Shown piece after piece: positions 33,615-44,518 of a stretch of DNA of 64,000 bases. The notes beneath the pieces are model-generated. The model was not told the DNA's origin. It made no database searches and saw only the letters and a program-made list of their open reading frames with translations. The stretch's first letter is position 1; each line of letters begins with the position of its first letter. Both the position numbers and the translations under genes were made by a program. Source of the DNA: Pachysolen tannophilus NRRL Y-2460 (Eukaryota); assembly GCA_001661245.1 (NCBI GenBank), contig KV454016.1, positions 371,381 through 435,380 on the forward strand. The letters are read 5' to 3'.

Positions 33615-35098
33615 CTATAAAGTTTTCTCAACCAAGTAGATACCGTATTTATCTTTCAATTCCTTCATGATTGGGTCATTGATTTCCGGAGTCATTGGAG
33701 CAAGTAAGCCTGGAGTATGTAATGTACCGTTAAGGATTTGTTGAGTGGCAACAGCACATGGAACACCAACCAATTTTGCCATTGAAGAATAACCACCTGG
33801 GACACCGAGATCAACTAAAGTGGAAGTTCTTGTTTCTTTAGATCCATCAGCCCATTCAATACCAAATTTGTGTTGAAGAACAACCAAATCACGTTCATCT
33901 GGAGCATATTGCATTAATTCTTCTAAAGTTGCACATAAGGTATCCAATGGATTTTTCCTTGGGGTAGTTAATTTGTCAGAAAAGAGACCCAACCATTTAA
34001 GACCACTAATGATACGTTCCTTATCTGCCTCTGAAACAAAAGTAGCCAATTTAGAAACTGTACTTATCAAATCTGCCTCATTAGTTGATGGTGCACCAAT
34101 TTGCTTAGCGAAAACTTCTTTCCATGGAAGAGGTTTTTCAAAAATTGGACTTTCATCTTCTTTTAAAAATCCAAGGTCAACCAAGACTTTAACAAATTCT
34201 GGGAATCCTTGATAACGTAAAGTACCTCTAATAACAGTTTCTGCTTCAGGAATATGGTATAATTCTTTATAAGTAGTTGAATCTCTGTTTGCATATGCAA
34301 CAAAAGCATAACCAGGGTAGATGAAATATGGTTTAGCACTAGCCATCAATTCTTCAGAATTAATGGATTCAATTCTACCTTCTTTCCAATATTTGGCAGA
34401 GTTTCTCAATGCCAACAAGACACCTCTTGAAGACCATGAAAATTTATAACCCAAAGGATTATCCGAAGCCTCTGGAGATGGTAATCCTCCACAATAAGAT
34501 AAGAAAGATTTAATCTTACCACCAGCCTTGTGGACCTCATCAATTGTCTTAACAGCATACAAATGGTCAATACCTGGATCTAAACCAATTTCATTCATAA
34601 CAATAATACCAGCTTCTTTAATTTTTGGTTCTAATTCACGCAACTGAGGATTAATATACGAAGTAGTAACAACATGTTTCTTAAACTTGATTGCCGATTT
34701 GACTACAGTAGCATGATGAATATAAGGAATTAAAGAAATAACAATATCATGTTGTGAAACAGCTGCATCTAATGAAGCTTCACTACTGACATCCACAGAA
34801 ATTGCTTTAGCAACAGAACCAGCAAGAGATTGAGCAGTTGAAAGAGTTCTGCACGCAACAGTAACTTCAACACCCGGAGTATTGGATAAAATGTCAACAG
34901 TTGGCTTTGCAACAAAACCTGAACCTAACAAAAGTACTTTTCTATATTCAACCAAAAAAAAAAAAAAAAACTGGTTAGCAATTTGTCTAAAATAAAAAGA
35001 CAACAAGAAAAACAAAACCACAAAAAAAAAACAAGAAATAGTAAATGCCTAATTCTTGCTTTTCACAATTGAGTGACAAGACAAACTTACTGAGCCAT
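33615..35098 (-). CDS. LYS9: saccharopine dehydrogenase (NADP+, L-glutamate forming); exons 35098-35091 and 34941-33615
   Basis: MAQ|KVLLLGSGFVA, NEIGLDPGIDH, SYCGGLP, NPLGYKFSWS; 149-nt intron GTAAGT...TGCTAAC...TAG. Confidence 0.97.
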
Positions 35099-35765
35099 TT
35101 TGATATTTAAATAAGAATAAATAAATAAGTTATTCACTTTATTCAATAAGTAGAATAAAATAACTGAAAATTTTTTGAATCAAAAAATATTGCTATATTA
35201 TGAACATTTATTTAGTCACCCGTAGGGGCCACACAGACAGATAAAACCCAAGATAGGAGAATGATGAAAAAAAAGACAAAAAAACTTTTGGTACTATTGT
35301 TTAATAGAGTAAAAGGTGGAAAAGTTTCATGCAGGCAGCCACTCTTGCTGCGGTTCCAGGCCCGCAAACGGCCAATCACTTGCAGGGCAATCGCTGAATA
35401 ATTAATACCAACATTTGACAAATGCTCAGCCCCTGATATAAAAGAGGGGCGCTGACTTTTTTTTTTTGATTATTATGAGTTTAAGGAATGGGTCGTGGAG
35501 TGGCCCAATTTGACCTAATAGTATCATTTTCTGGCCCAGTGGTCTTTTAATGGTCCAATAGTCCAGTGCAGTTCGGTATTAATTAATGTGTACGGATTAT
35601 AACGCTGTTTTTAACTGAAATAAAGTAAAAAAAACAGAATTAGCGGTCAATTGAATTGTAACAATATAGAATAGTATTGTATAATTATTTATCATTGTTG
35701 TTAGAAATCATAATAGAAGAAATATTTTTTTGTTTTCTTTTCTTTGGCCATAGAAACAATTGATT

Positions 35766-37442
35766 ATGTCGTCTGAAAATAATTTTAGTATTCAAGGTTA
35801 TAATTTAGTTACTTTATTGAAAAGGTTAGAAGCAGCTACTTCTAGGTTAGAAGATGTTACTATTTTTCAAGAGAATTCCAAGAAAGATGTTTTACATGCT
35901 TCGGATTATACTGCAACTCAGAGGCAAGCACCTCGTACGAAATCAGTAGGGCAAGGTCTGGGACAGGATTTGAATCTGGAATCAAGTCAGCCGAGTGCTC
36001 AGGCATCATTACCTGTTTCTATAAAAGAATTTGATAGTTTAATTGAAGGTTTTGTTAAGCCATTTGTTGATAAATCTGAAAAAGTGGATCCAGTTGTTGG
36101 TGAAGTGGGTAGTACTTTATTAAAGGCATTTATAGAAGAAAGAAATTTTTTATTAGCAGTTTCAAAAAGTAAAAAAATTGAACCTTCAAACCCAATTTTT
36201 GCTCAAGCTTTAAAACCTATTAATGAGCAAATTGAAAAAATTATACTGATTAAAGATCAAAATAGACGTTCAAAATTTTTCAATAATTTAAATGCTGTTG
36301 CAGAAGGTATACCTGTATTGGGTTGGGTTGTTGTACCAACACCTATAAGTTATATTCCAGAGTATAAAGAATCCACCGAATTTTGGTCAAATAGAATTTT
36401 AAAAGAATTTAGAGATTCACTGGATACTTCTCAGGTCGAATGGGTTAAATTGTTACTTTCCATATTTGACTGTTTAAAAGTCTACGTCAAGCAATATCAT
36501 TCTACTGGGCCTTCATGGGATCCCAATGGTGGGTCTTTGGAAGATGCCTTAGCTGCAACTACCGCTGCTGTTGCTGATGGACCTATTCCAAGTACAGGTC
36601 CTTCAAGTTCTACAGGTGCACTGCTGGCACCACCACCTCCACCACCTCCACCACCACCTCCTGCATCTGTTTTCGAATCAGATCCTAATTCTTCCTCTGG
36701 TGCTCTGACATCAGACACCGGTATCAATGCAGTCTTCTCTGAATTAAATAAAGGTGAATCAATTACATCTAGCTTAAAGAAAGTGGATAAATCACAAATG
36801 ACGCATAAGAACCCATCATTAAGAGATTCATCTACAGTTCCAGCCGTGTCTAAGAAAGTTCCTCCAAAGAAACCCGTTAGCTTATCGAAGAAGTCTGCTG
36901 CTGCTGCTGCTGCTGCGGCTGCCGTAACTGGTGGTGTTGCTTCTGATTCGGCACCAAAGAAACCACCTAAGAAGGAACTTGTTGATACAAAATGGGTTAT
37001 TGAAAATTTTGAAAATACTCACGATTTAATTGTTGAAAATGGTCAAATGAACCAATCTGTCTTCATTGCAAATTGTAATAACGTTACTATTCAAGTTAAG
37101 GGGAAAGTTAATGCATTATCTATAAATAATAGTCATAAAGTCGGTCTAGTTGTAGACTCAATGGTCTCTGGTATAGATATCATCAAGTGCACCAAATACG
37201 GAGTTCAAATACTAGACCAAGTTCCAACCATATCAATCGATCTGTCAGATAGTGGACAAATCTACTTGAGTAAGAATTCGTTAAATACAGAGATATATAC
37301 ATCTTGTACCACCGCATTGAACATTGAGATTCCTGATCAGGAAACCGGCGATTTCAAAGAAGTTCCTGCTCCAGAACAATTAAGACATTCTTTCGATGCA
37401 ACCGGTAAGATGGTCACCAGCATTGTTGAACACGCAGGCTAG
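35766..37442 (+). CDS. SRV2: adenylyl cyclase-associated protein (CAP)
   Basis: IQGYNLVTLLKRLEAATSRLEDV, poly-Pro, WH2 LKKVDKSQMTHKNP, C-terminal CARP domain ending VEHAG. Confidence 0.97.
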   Translation: MSSENNFSIQGYNLVTLLKRLEAATSRLEDVTIFQENSKKDVLHASDYTATQRQAPRTKSVGQGLGQDLNLESSQPSAQASLPVSIKEFDSLIEGFVKPFVDKSEKVDPVVGEVGSTLLKAFIEERNFLLAVSKSKKIEPSNPIFAQALKPINEQIEKIILIKDQNRRSKFFNNLNAVAEGIPVLGWVVVPTPISYIPEYKESTEFWSNRILKEFRDSLDTSQVEWVKLLLSIFDCLKVYVKQYHSTGPSWDPNGGSLEDALAATTAAVADGPIPSTGPSSSTGALLAPPPPPPPPPPPASVFESDPNSSSGALTSDTGINAVFSELNKGESITSSLKKVDKSQMTHKNPSLRDSSTVPAVSKKVPPKKPVSLSKKSAAAAAAAAAVTGGVASDSAPKKPPKKELVDTKWVIENFENTHDLIVENGQMNQSVFIANCNNVTIQVKGKVNALSINNSHKVGLVVDSMVSGIDIIKCTKYGVQILDQVPTISIDLSDSGQIYLSKNSLNTEIYTSCTTALNIEIPDQETGDFKEVPAPEQLRHSFDATGKMVTSIVEHAG

Positions 37443-37642
37443 TTAGCCCTTATAGAAACACTCCTGGTGTGCGGGGGAAACAGCTGGCTAGTCAGCCAAA
37501 ACACAAGGTTCCGCCGCCCGTTGCCCGTTGCCCGTTTCCCATTGCCCAGCACATTTACCAGCACATTAGCCAGCACGTTGCCCGGCGCCAAACCAAGCGC
37601 CAACCCAGTGCCGTCCTCCTTCCTCCGTCCTCTCTCCTCCGT

Positions 37643-37657
37643 CGAAGTTTCTAGATT
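37643..37657. promoter_or_regulatory. heat shock element upstream of YDJ1
   Basis: cGAAgtTTCtaGATt matches nGAAnnTTCnnGAAn with one mismatch, ~250 bp upstream of a cytosolic Hsp40. Confidence 0.55.
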
Positions 37658-37908
37658 AATTGCTTCAAGTTGACACGTTTTGAAATTTGAATTTTTTTGG
37701 CAGTATTTTTTTTTTTTTTTTTCTTTTTTTCTTTTTTATCTTTTGAACGAACAACAAAAAACAAAAAAAATTTTAAAAAGCTGTTTAGAAAAGCGATATA
37801 TAATTTATTAGTAATTTAGATAAAATTATCAATCAACCTTTATATCTAGTTGTAAGGTCCCATCAATAGTTATATATTGCATCTAATTGAATTTGAGTTA
37901 AAAATATA

Positions 37909-39132
37909 ATGGTCAAAGAAACTAAGTTATACGATATTCTAGGTGTTTCGGCAGATGCTTCTGATTCCGATTTGAAGAAAGCTTATAGGAAAGGTGCTTT
38001 AAGAAATCATCCTGATAAAAATCCTTCTCCAGAAGCGGCAGAAAAGTTTAAAGAGATTTCAGCAGCTTATGAGATTTTATCTGATCCTCAAAAGAGAGAG
38101 GTTTATGATCAATATGGTGAAGAAGGTTTGACTGGAGGTGCTGGTATGGGTGCTGGTGGTATGGGAGGAATGGAAGACTTGTTCTCCCAGTTTTTCGGCG
38201 GCGGCATGGGTGGCGGCGCGTCTCGCCCAAGAGGTCCAGTTAGAGGTAAAGACATTAAACATACAATTTCATGTACTTTAGAAGAATTATACAAAGGTAG
38301 AACAGCAAAGTTAGCTTTGAATAAAACTGTATTGTGTAAATCTTGTGATGGAAGGGGTGGTAAAGAAGGTTCTGTTAAAAAATGTACTTCTTGTAATGGT
38401 CAAGGTATGAAATTCATTACTAGACAAATGGGTCCAATGATTCAAAGATTTCAAACCACTTGTGATGTTTGTAATGGTGAAGGTCATACAATTGATCCAA
38501 AAGATCGTTGTAAGTCTTGTCAAGGTAAGATGACTACCAGTGAAAGGAAAATTTTGGAAGTTCATATTGATCCTGGAATGAAATCTGGTCAAACTGTTGT
38601 TTTCAGCGGTGAAGGTGATCAACAACCAAATGTTATTCCTGGTGATGTTGTCTTTGTTGTTGATGAAAAACCACATCCAAGTTTTACCAGAAAAGAAGAC
38701 GATTTGTATTACGAGGCCAAAATCGATTTATTGACAGCTTTGGCAGGTGGTTCATTTGCCATTAAACATATTAGTGGTGAATATTTGAAAATTGATATCA
38801 TCCCAGGTGAAGTCATTTCTCCAGATATGATAAAAGTTGTTGAAAATAAAGGTATGCCAATCAGGAAAATGGGAAGTTATGGTAATTTATTTGTTAAATT
38901 TGAAATTGAATTCCCTCCAAAGAATTTTGCCAATGAAGAAAAATTAAAAATATTGGAACAAGTCTTACCTCCAAGAAAGAAAGTTGATATTCCAAAGAAC
39001 GCCATTGTCGATGATGTTGTATTAGTCGATGTTGATCCATCAAAGCACAGAACTCAAAACAGAAGATTTGCTGATGACGATTACGAAGATGAAGAAGGTG
39101 CCGGTCCAGGAGTTCAATGTGCTTCTCAATAG
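37909..39132 (+). CDS. YDJ1: cytosolic type I Hsp40
   Basis: [20 protein letters not shown] region, zinc-finger repeats, C-terminal CASQ farnesylation motif. Confidence 0.97.
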   Translation: MVKETKLYDILGVSADASDSDLKKAYRKGALRNHPDKNPSPEAAEKFKEISAAYEILSDPQKREVYDQYGEEGLTGGAGMGAGGMGGMEDLFSQFFGGGMGGGASRPRGPVRGKDIKHTISCTLEELYKGRTAKLALNKTVLCKSCDGRGGKEGSVKKCTSCNGQGMKFITRQMGPMIQRFQTTCDVCNGEGHTIDPKDRCKSCQGKMTTSERKILEVHIDPGMKSGQTVVFSGEGDQQPNVIPGDVVFVVDEKPHPSFTRKEDDLYYEAKIDLLTALAGGSFAIKHISGEYLKIDIIPGEVISPDMIKVVENKGMPIRKMGSYGNLFVKFEIEFPPKNFANEEKLKILEQVLPPRKKVDIPKNAIVDDVVLVDVDPSKHRTQNRRFADDDYEDEEGAGPGVQCASQ

Positions 39133-39826
39133 ATTTGAAAAACGAAAAAAAAAAAAAAAAAATAAGAAAAGAAAAGAAAAGATCAAAGAAATTTTCATAT
39201 ATGTTGATAAAAAGGGCAAGAGATAAACCATAATAATCAAATAATTATAATTATTAATAAAAATAATATTAGTAGTAGTAGTAGTAATAATAATCAATGA
39301 TAGGAATAGTATCAGTAAAAAAAAAAACAACTAGTTATTTATATACAAATAACATTTGCCTTACTGAAAGAACTGAATGTATTGATAAGGAGAGAAAGGT
39401 GCTGGATTTAAAGGCTGATGAAAAGTTATTCAAAAGAAATACTTCAGAACTGATGTGTTTGGAAAATATTTCCTTTTTTAACTTTCTATTATCTAAGTAT
39501 ATAGAGATATATACATGTTCGTTTGCAAGTTAACTTATATTTTATTTAATTGTTTTTCTGTTATTATTGATTTCCCTTTTATTTAAACTAGGCTAGTTAA
39601 CTAAGAGTAACTATCATATTTAGAACATATATATATATATATATGTATTTGTTATTTTCAATTGTAAAGTTGTTAAAAAGCAGCTGAAATATCTATTAAT
39701 AAAATACGCTAAAAAATACCAAATGAGAAAAATGCTAAATACATAAAAGAAATCTATGAGTGCTAAAAAAATAATTAAAAATAATAATTAAAATAAAAGA
39801 AAAAAAGAAGAAAAAAAAAAAGCACA

Positions 39827-41686
39827 TTAATGATCGCTGTGAGTTAAGGCATCTTCCACTTTTCTCTCTTCTTCTTGAGCGCGCATTTCTTGTTGTTGTT
39901 CTTGTTCCTGCTGTTGCTGTTGTTGTTCTTGTTCCTGCTGTTGCTGTTGTTGTTCTTGTTGCTGCTGCTCTTTCTCGGAAGCTCTTGCCCTCTCTCTTTT
40001 TTTCCTATTTTCAATCCAAGTTTCACCTCTATGAACAACCAAATAAATTAAAATATTACCCAACATACATAACAGAGCCATGAATGTGTAACAACCTCCT
40101 GTTGTCATTCTTGCAATCATTTTCGACAATGCTGCAACAAATACAGCACCTGTCCAACATCTCAAAAGGTTGACAGCAGAAGTAGAAGTTGCAGACCGCT
40201 CTGGAAACAAATCTACTAAAACAGTAGTACACATAGTCATTGGAAACATACAAGCAAATGCCATGAAAAATGTAGAAATGATAATCAGTGATACATTTGT
40301 ATGCGCATAAATAGTCCATCCAAATACGAGTAATGATGCTGCACAAAGTGAAGAAGGGTAAATGAACAAATTCAAACGAGCTTTGATAATATTAAGTTTT
40401 CTATCTTTTGGTATCTTATTTTGTTGTTGTTTTAATCTGAACAGTTTCTTTTCACGTCTGTAAAAAAAATCTAATATTTTCCCACAGGTTAAAGAACCAA
40501 CTAATGTAGCAACTCCACAAGGTAAATAGAACAAACCAATATCTAAAGTCTCGTAGCCATAATCGTCTGCCAAAACAGAAGTTAAAGTAGTTAATCCCAT
40601 TGTCCAAGATGTAAAAATCAAAGCTGCTGGGAATAAAGAACAGAAAACTTCTGGTAATATAATTATCTTAAAAGTAGCAATAGCATCAAATTTTGTAACT
40701 GATTTCTCTAATGATTCATATTGTTGATTTGCATAAAACTGTTTTTGAAAATATGGAAGTTTCAAGATTGGTGCTCTATTTACAAAACGTTTTGGTTTCA
40801 CTGTAACATTTCCAACCATTGTTCTCTTTGTTTCTGGTAAAAAAATGATTGCACAAATCAACATGACCCCAGCAGATATAGCTAAAAACCAAAATATTCC
40901 TCTCCAACCAAATGAAGATTGTGCAATAACAGCACCTATTAAAGCACCAAAACCTTGGCCAACAAGTGTTACACCACCCATAATACCAATATACGATCCT
41001 CTTTCATGTTTCTGTGTGATATCACCTACAACACCTGAATTAATAGCAATAACTGGCGCAATACCCGCCAGCTGTACACATCTTAAAACTAAAATTAACC
41101 AATACAGATCACTAACTGCTAACCCTATATTTGCAGCAATGTAAACAGACAATGACATAATAATAACAGGTCTTCTACCTAATGTATCAGCCAAATTTGA
41201 AGAAAAAGTTGGACCTAAACCTTGGAAAATCAAATAACAAACCACTGAAATATTTATCAATTCACTACTAACATCAAATTTTTTTTGAAGAACAGTTAAA
41301 ATTGGGAAATAAATTGGCATTGCTATAGAAGACCATAACCCAATACATGAACATAAAGTCACTATAAAAGCTTTCTCTTTCCCAGTAAGCAGTGAATACG
41401 GCACTTTTGCCCATCGCTGATTTGCTGTGTTATTAGAATCATATGTATTGGCTATCGATTGTTGTACTGACAGATTATCTGAACGCGTACGAACTATATC
41501 ATTCCCAAAATCAGTCACTATATTCTGTACTTGATAATCATTATTATTGTTATTATTTTCCTCGTTATCACTCAAATCACCACTACTATCACTATCACTA
41601 CCACTACCATTACCGCTACCACTATCCATCGATTCAATTTCCAGAGGATCAGATTCAAGTTCCTTCAACCTAGAATCCGCTATCAT
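39827..41686 (-). CDS. MFS drug:H+ antiporter (DHA1; QDR/AQR1 subfamily) with a poly-Q/E tail
   Basis: IYFP, LADTLGRRPV, LRCVQxAGIAPVIAINSGVVGD, GWRGIFWFL, LPETKR, VNLLRC; convergent with YDJ1 as AQR1 is in S. cerevisiae; start codon uncertain. Confidence 0.9.
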   Translation of the reverse strand: MIADSRLKELESDPLEIESMDSGSGNGSGSDSDSSGDLSDNEENNNNNNDYQVQNIVTDFGNDIVRTRSDNLSVQQSIANTYDSNNTANQRWAKVPYSLLTGKEKAFIVTLCSCIGLWSSIAMPIYFPILTVLQKKFDVSSELINISVVCYLIFQGLGPTFSSNLADTLGRRPVIIMSLSVYIAANIGLAVSDLYWLILVLRCVQLAGIAPVIAINSGVVGDITQKHERGSYIGIMGGVTLVGQGFGALIGAVIAQSSFGWRGIFWFLAISAGVMLICAIIFLPETKRTMVGNVTVKPKRFVNRAPILKLPYFQKQFYANQQYESLEKSVTKFDAIATFKIIILPEVFCSLFPAALIFTSWTMGLTTLTSVLADDYGYETLDIGLFYLPCGVATLVGSLTCGKILDFFYRREKKLFRLKQQQNKIPKDRKLNIIKARLNLFIYPSSLCAASLLVFGWTIYAHTNVSLIIISTFFMAFACMFPMTMCTTVLVDLFPERSATSTSAVNLLRCWTGAVFVAALSKMIARMTTGGCYTFMALLCMLGNILIYLVVHRGETWIENRKKRERARASEKEQQQQEQQQQQQEQEQQQQQQEQEQQQEMRAQEEERKVEDALTHSDH

Positions 41687-42148
41687 CAAGTATTTATATA
41701 AACAAGTCGAATTTTTTTCTCTTGTCTTTCCATTCAACAAAAAAAAAGGTCTTTATTTTCCTTTCTAATAAATAATGAATTAGTTCTTGTTTCTTTCAAC
41801 AACAACAAAAGAAAAATATATATATATAAGAATACAAAAAAAAAAAGATAAAACAAGAAAACAAGAAAACAAACTATTAACAAGATATCATTTACCTACC
41901 TACTTCCTTGTCCCTTATATATATTTACCTATATGTATTAAAATGTTAACGGAAGAAAAAAAATTAGTACTAATCACAGTTATTATCTATTATTTCTATT
42001 TAACGTTAAATTAACGGTTTTCCCTATGTTTTCTGCGTAAAAAATTTAAAAAAAAAACTTCTCACCAAAAGGTTTCGGCTTTTAGCCAAAAAGGGAAATA
42101 CTGATGAGAACGGTTTAAACGTCAAGATAAGTTTATAAATTTTCAGTT

Positions 42149-44182
42149 TCACTTGTATTTTGGTGGGTTGTCTGGTGTCGTTAGGATGAAACTAACGTCT
42201 TTACCGGAAGAAGGAACAGTCGGTTTTTTAGCGGCTTGAGTTATAGGAGAGTTAGCTACATTTGATGAAGATCCGGGTTGGGCACTAAGGGAAGAGGATG
42301 AAGAAGAATTTTGGTTTTGGTGTTCCTCTTCTTCTCCGAAAGCTGTATGACGTGTGGTAAACCGTTGGGTCGGAACTGGATGTTGTTGTTCCTGTTGTAG
42401 CGGATGTTGCTGATGCGTAGTTCCGGAAGGTGGGAAATAATAGTAGGGCATCGGATGTGGATTCGGATTCGGATATTGTTGTTGATGTTGATGTTGCGGC
42501 TGCGGCTGCGGCTGCGGCCGTTGGGTTTGTTGTTGTTGCGCCTGAGCTTGAACTTGAGCTTGGACTTGAGCTTGAACCTGAGCTTGAGCTTGAGCTTGAG
42601 CTTGTGTCGGTATTTGGCTAGAGGCAGACGGTATCGACAGCGGAAATCGGTAGCTCCGATGAGGTTGTATTTCAGTCCAAGGCGGCGCACGTGACGGAGA
42701 ATACGAAAGAGGTTGTTGAGGTTGTAAGTAGACAACTGGTACTAAATTGCCTCGAATATCTCTCATTGAAGAAGTGTTTGGTTGAACTGGATACATCCCA
42801 GGAACTTGTTGTTGGAATTGTTGTTGTTGTTGTTCTTGTGGAGGATATTGTGGCTGAAATTGTTGCGGCTGCGGCTGGGGTTGCTGCGGTTGCTGCGATT
42901 GTTGCGATTGTTGCTGTTGCGGTTGATATTGATGTTGCGGTTGTATTTGCTGCTGCTGCTGCTGTTGTGGTTGCGGTTGAGGTTGTAAACGAGTTTGAGG
43001 ACCGGATGGTTCTGCGGCTCCAATTGTTGGGTTATAATAATACATAGACAGACTCGTCACTTGCAATGGTTGTTGTTGTTGTTGTTGCTGTTGATGTTGA
43101 TGTTGCAGCTGTTGTAAGTATCTTACATTTTGTTGTATTGGTGTATGCTGTGCAGAAATTGGCGGTAATCTAGTTGTGGCGATATTGCTTTCAGATTTCA
43201 GTCCTTTTCGATGACCTTCAGAAGTAAAACGACTTAATAAATTTGGTGGTCTTCTGATTGGAGATGCTAAATATGACGATGAAAGGCTACTTCGCTTGAG
43301 TCTTTTCTCCAGGGAACTTTTCAGTGTTTTTCTCGAAGATGATGTTTTTGGTGTTACTGCCATAGCAAATGAACTCCTGAGTCTTTTCAAAGGTGATTGC
43401 ATTCGTCCCTGATGCCCATACCGTTCTTCTTCTTCTTCTTCATCATCTTCTTCTTCCTCTTCTCCCTCTTCTTCTTCTTCTTCTTCACGTTCTTCTGTTT
43501 CGGTCCCTTCACCTTGTTCAAGCTTTCCTTCGGGCACCTCGGGCTGTTTTTCTTTAAATGTAGAAGTTGCTCGACGGTATCCAACATGTGTTGGTGTTAT
43601 TGGTTTTCTCAAAGTACTAGCAGGTGTTCGTATTCTCTGACTTGTAGGTATATTCAATTCAGCTACATTAGACAGATCTTGAGCTTGTTGTTCTGCCACA
43701 ATATTTTCAAATCTTGATTTAATAGTTTCCTCATCCACATTTTCATTAATTAAATTTGATGAAAGTAATATTGGTATAAAAGATGGATTTATTTCGAGAT
43801 TCTTACATAATCTCACCAATTCAATAATTAAGTCTAAATTTTTCAATTTTAAAGATAACTGTTTTGATCTTTCTTGTTCAATTTTTAAAATCAAAGATTG
43901 CAGTAATGTCTCATCCGAAAAGGGCAATGATAATTTTTCAAAATTTTCAATTCCAATCAAATTACTCAATAAATTTTTTAAACCTTCATCAGTATTAATT
44001 GGTAATTGCAGTGATTGCTGTTGTGGCAATGGCTCTAAAGATTGTGATATATCTGATCTTTCTTCTTGTTCTTCTTCTTGTTCTTGTACTTCTTCTCCTG
44101 GCTCTTCCTTACCTGATTTTCCTTCACTTTCTTCATGTTCCTGTGCTTCTGATTTACCATACGGTATTTTATGAGCTTCCAT
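42149..44182 (-). CDS. BOP3: Bop3-like Q/P-rich protein
   Basis: FSDETLLQSLILKIEQERSKQ...KLKNL resembles recalled Bop3 FSENALMKAMDLKIEQEKTKQ...KLENL; C-terminal FILTTPDNPP motif. Confidence 0.7.
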   Translation of the reverse strand: MEAHKIPYGKSEAQEHEESEGKSGKEEPGEEVQEQEEEQEERSDISQSLEPLPQQQSLQLPINTDEGLKNLLSNLIGIENFEKLSLPFSDETLLQSLILKIEQERSKQLSLKLKNLDLIIELVRLCKNLEINPSFIPILLSSNLINENVDEETIKSRFENIVAEQQAQDLSNVAELNIPTSQRIRTPASTLRKPITPTHVGYRRATSTFKEKQPEVPEGKLEQGEGTETEEREEEEEEEGEEEEEDDEEEEEERYGHQGRMQSPLKRLRSSFAMAVTPKTSSSRKTLKSSLEKRLKRSSLSSSYLASPIRRPPNLLSRFTSEGHRKGLKSESNIATTRLPPISAQHTPIQQNVRYLQQLQHQHQQQQQQQQPLQVTSLSMYYYNPTIGAAEPSGPQTRLQPQPQPQQQQQQQIQPQHQYQPQQQQSQQSQQPQQPQPQPQQFQPQYPPQEQQQQQFQQQVPGMYPVQPNTSSMRDIRGNLVPVVYLQPQQPLSYSPSRAPPWTEIQPHRSYRFPLSIPSASSQIPTQAQAQAQAQVQAQVQAQVQAQAQQQQTQRPQPQPQPQHQHQQQYPNPNPHPMPYYYFPPSGTTHQQHPLQQEQQHPVPTQRFTTRHTAFGEEEEHQNQNSSSSSSLSAQPGSSSNVANSPITQAAKKPTVPSSGKDVSFILTTPDNPPKYK

Positions 44183-44483
44183 AAGTGGCTAAAACGTTTG
44201 TTTTTTTTTTTCTTTTTTCTTTTTTCTTTTTCTTTTTCTTTTTCTTTTATTTTTTTTTTTCGATTGAAAATTGCAATTATCAAGAAAGAAAAAAAAAGAA
44301 GAAAAGAAAAGAAAGAAAGAAAGAAAAAAAAAAGAAAAGGTACCAATTGATCTATATCTATCTATTTTAATTGCTTAGAAAAAAAAAAGTATATAAGAAA
44401 GTTTCATTTCAAATTTTGCAGTTAATAAGATCAGCTAAATATATATGTATATATATGATTATAAATATATAAATATATATTTA

Positions 44484-44518
<35 letters not shown>

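Noticed and set aside
41760..41910. Possible 5' intron upstream of the QDR transporter
   Set aside because: Donor and branch-point matches are weak and no convincing upstream coding exon could be defined.
42256..43047. Several overlapping ORFs within BOP3
   Set aside because: By-products of the Q/P/A microsatellite-like codon runs.
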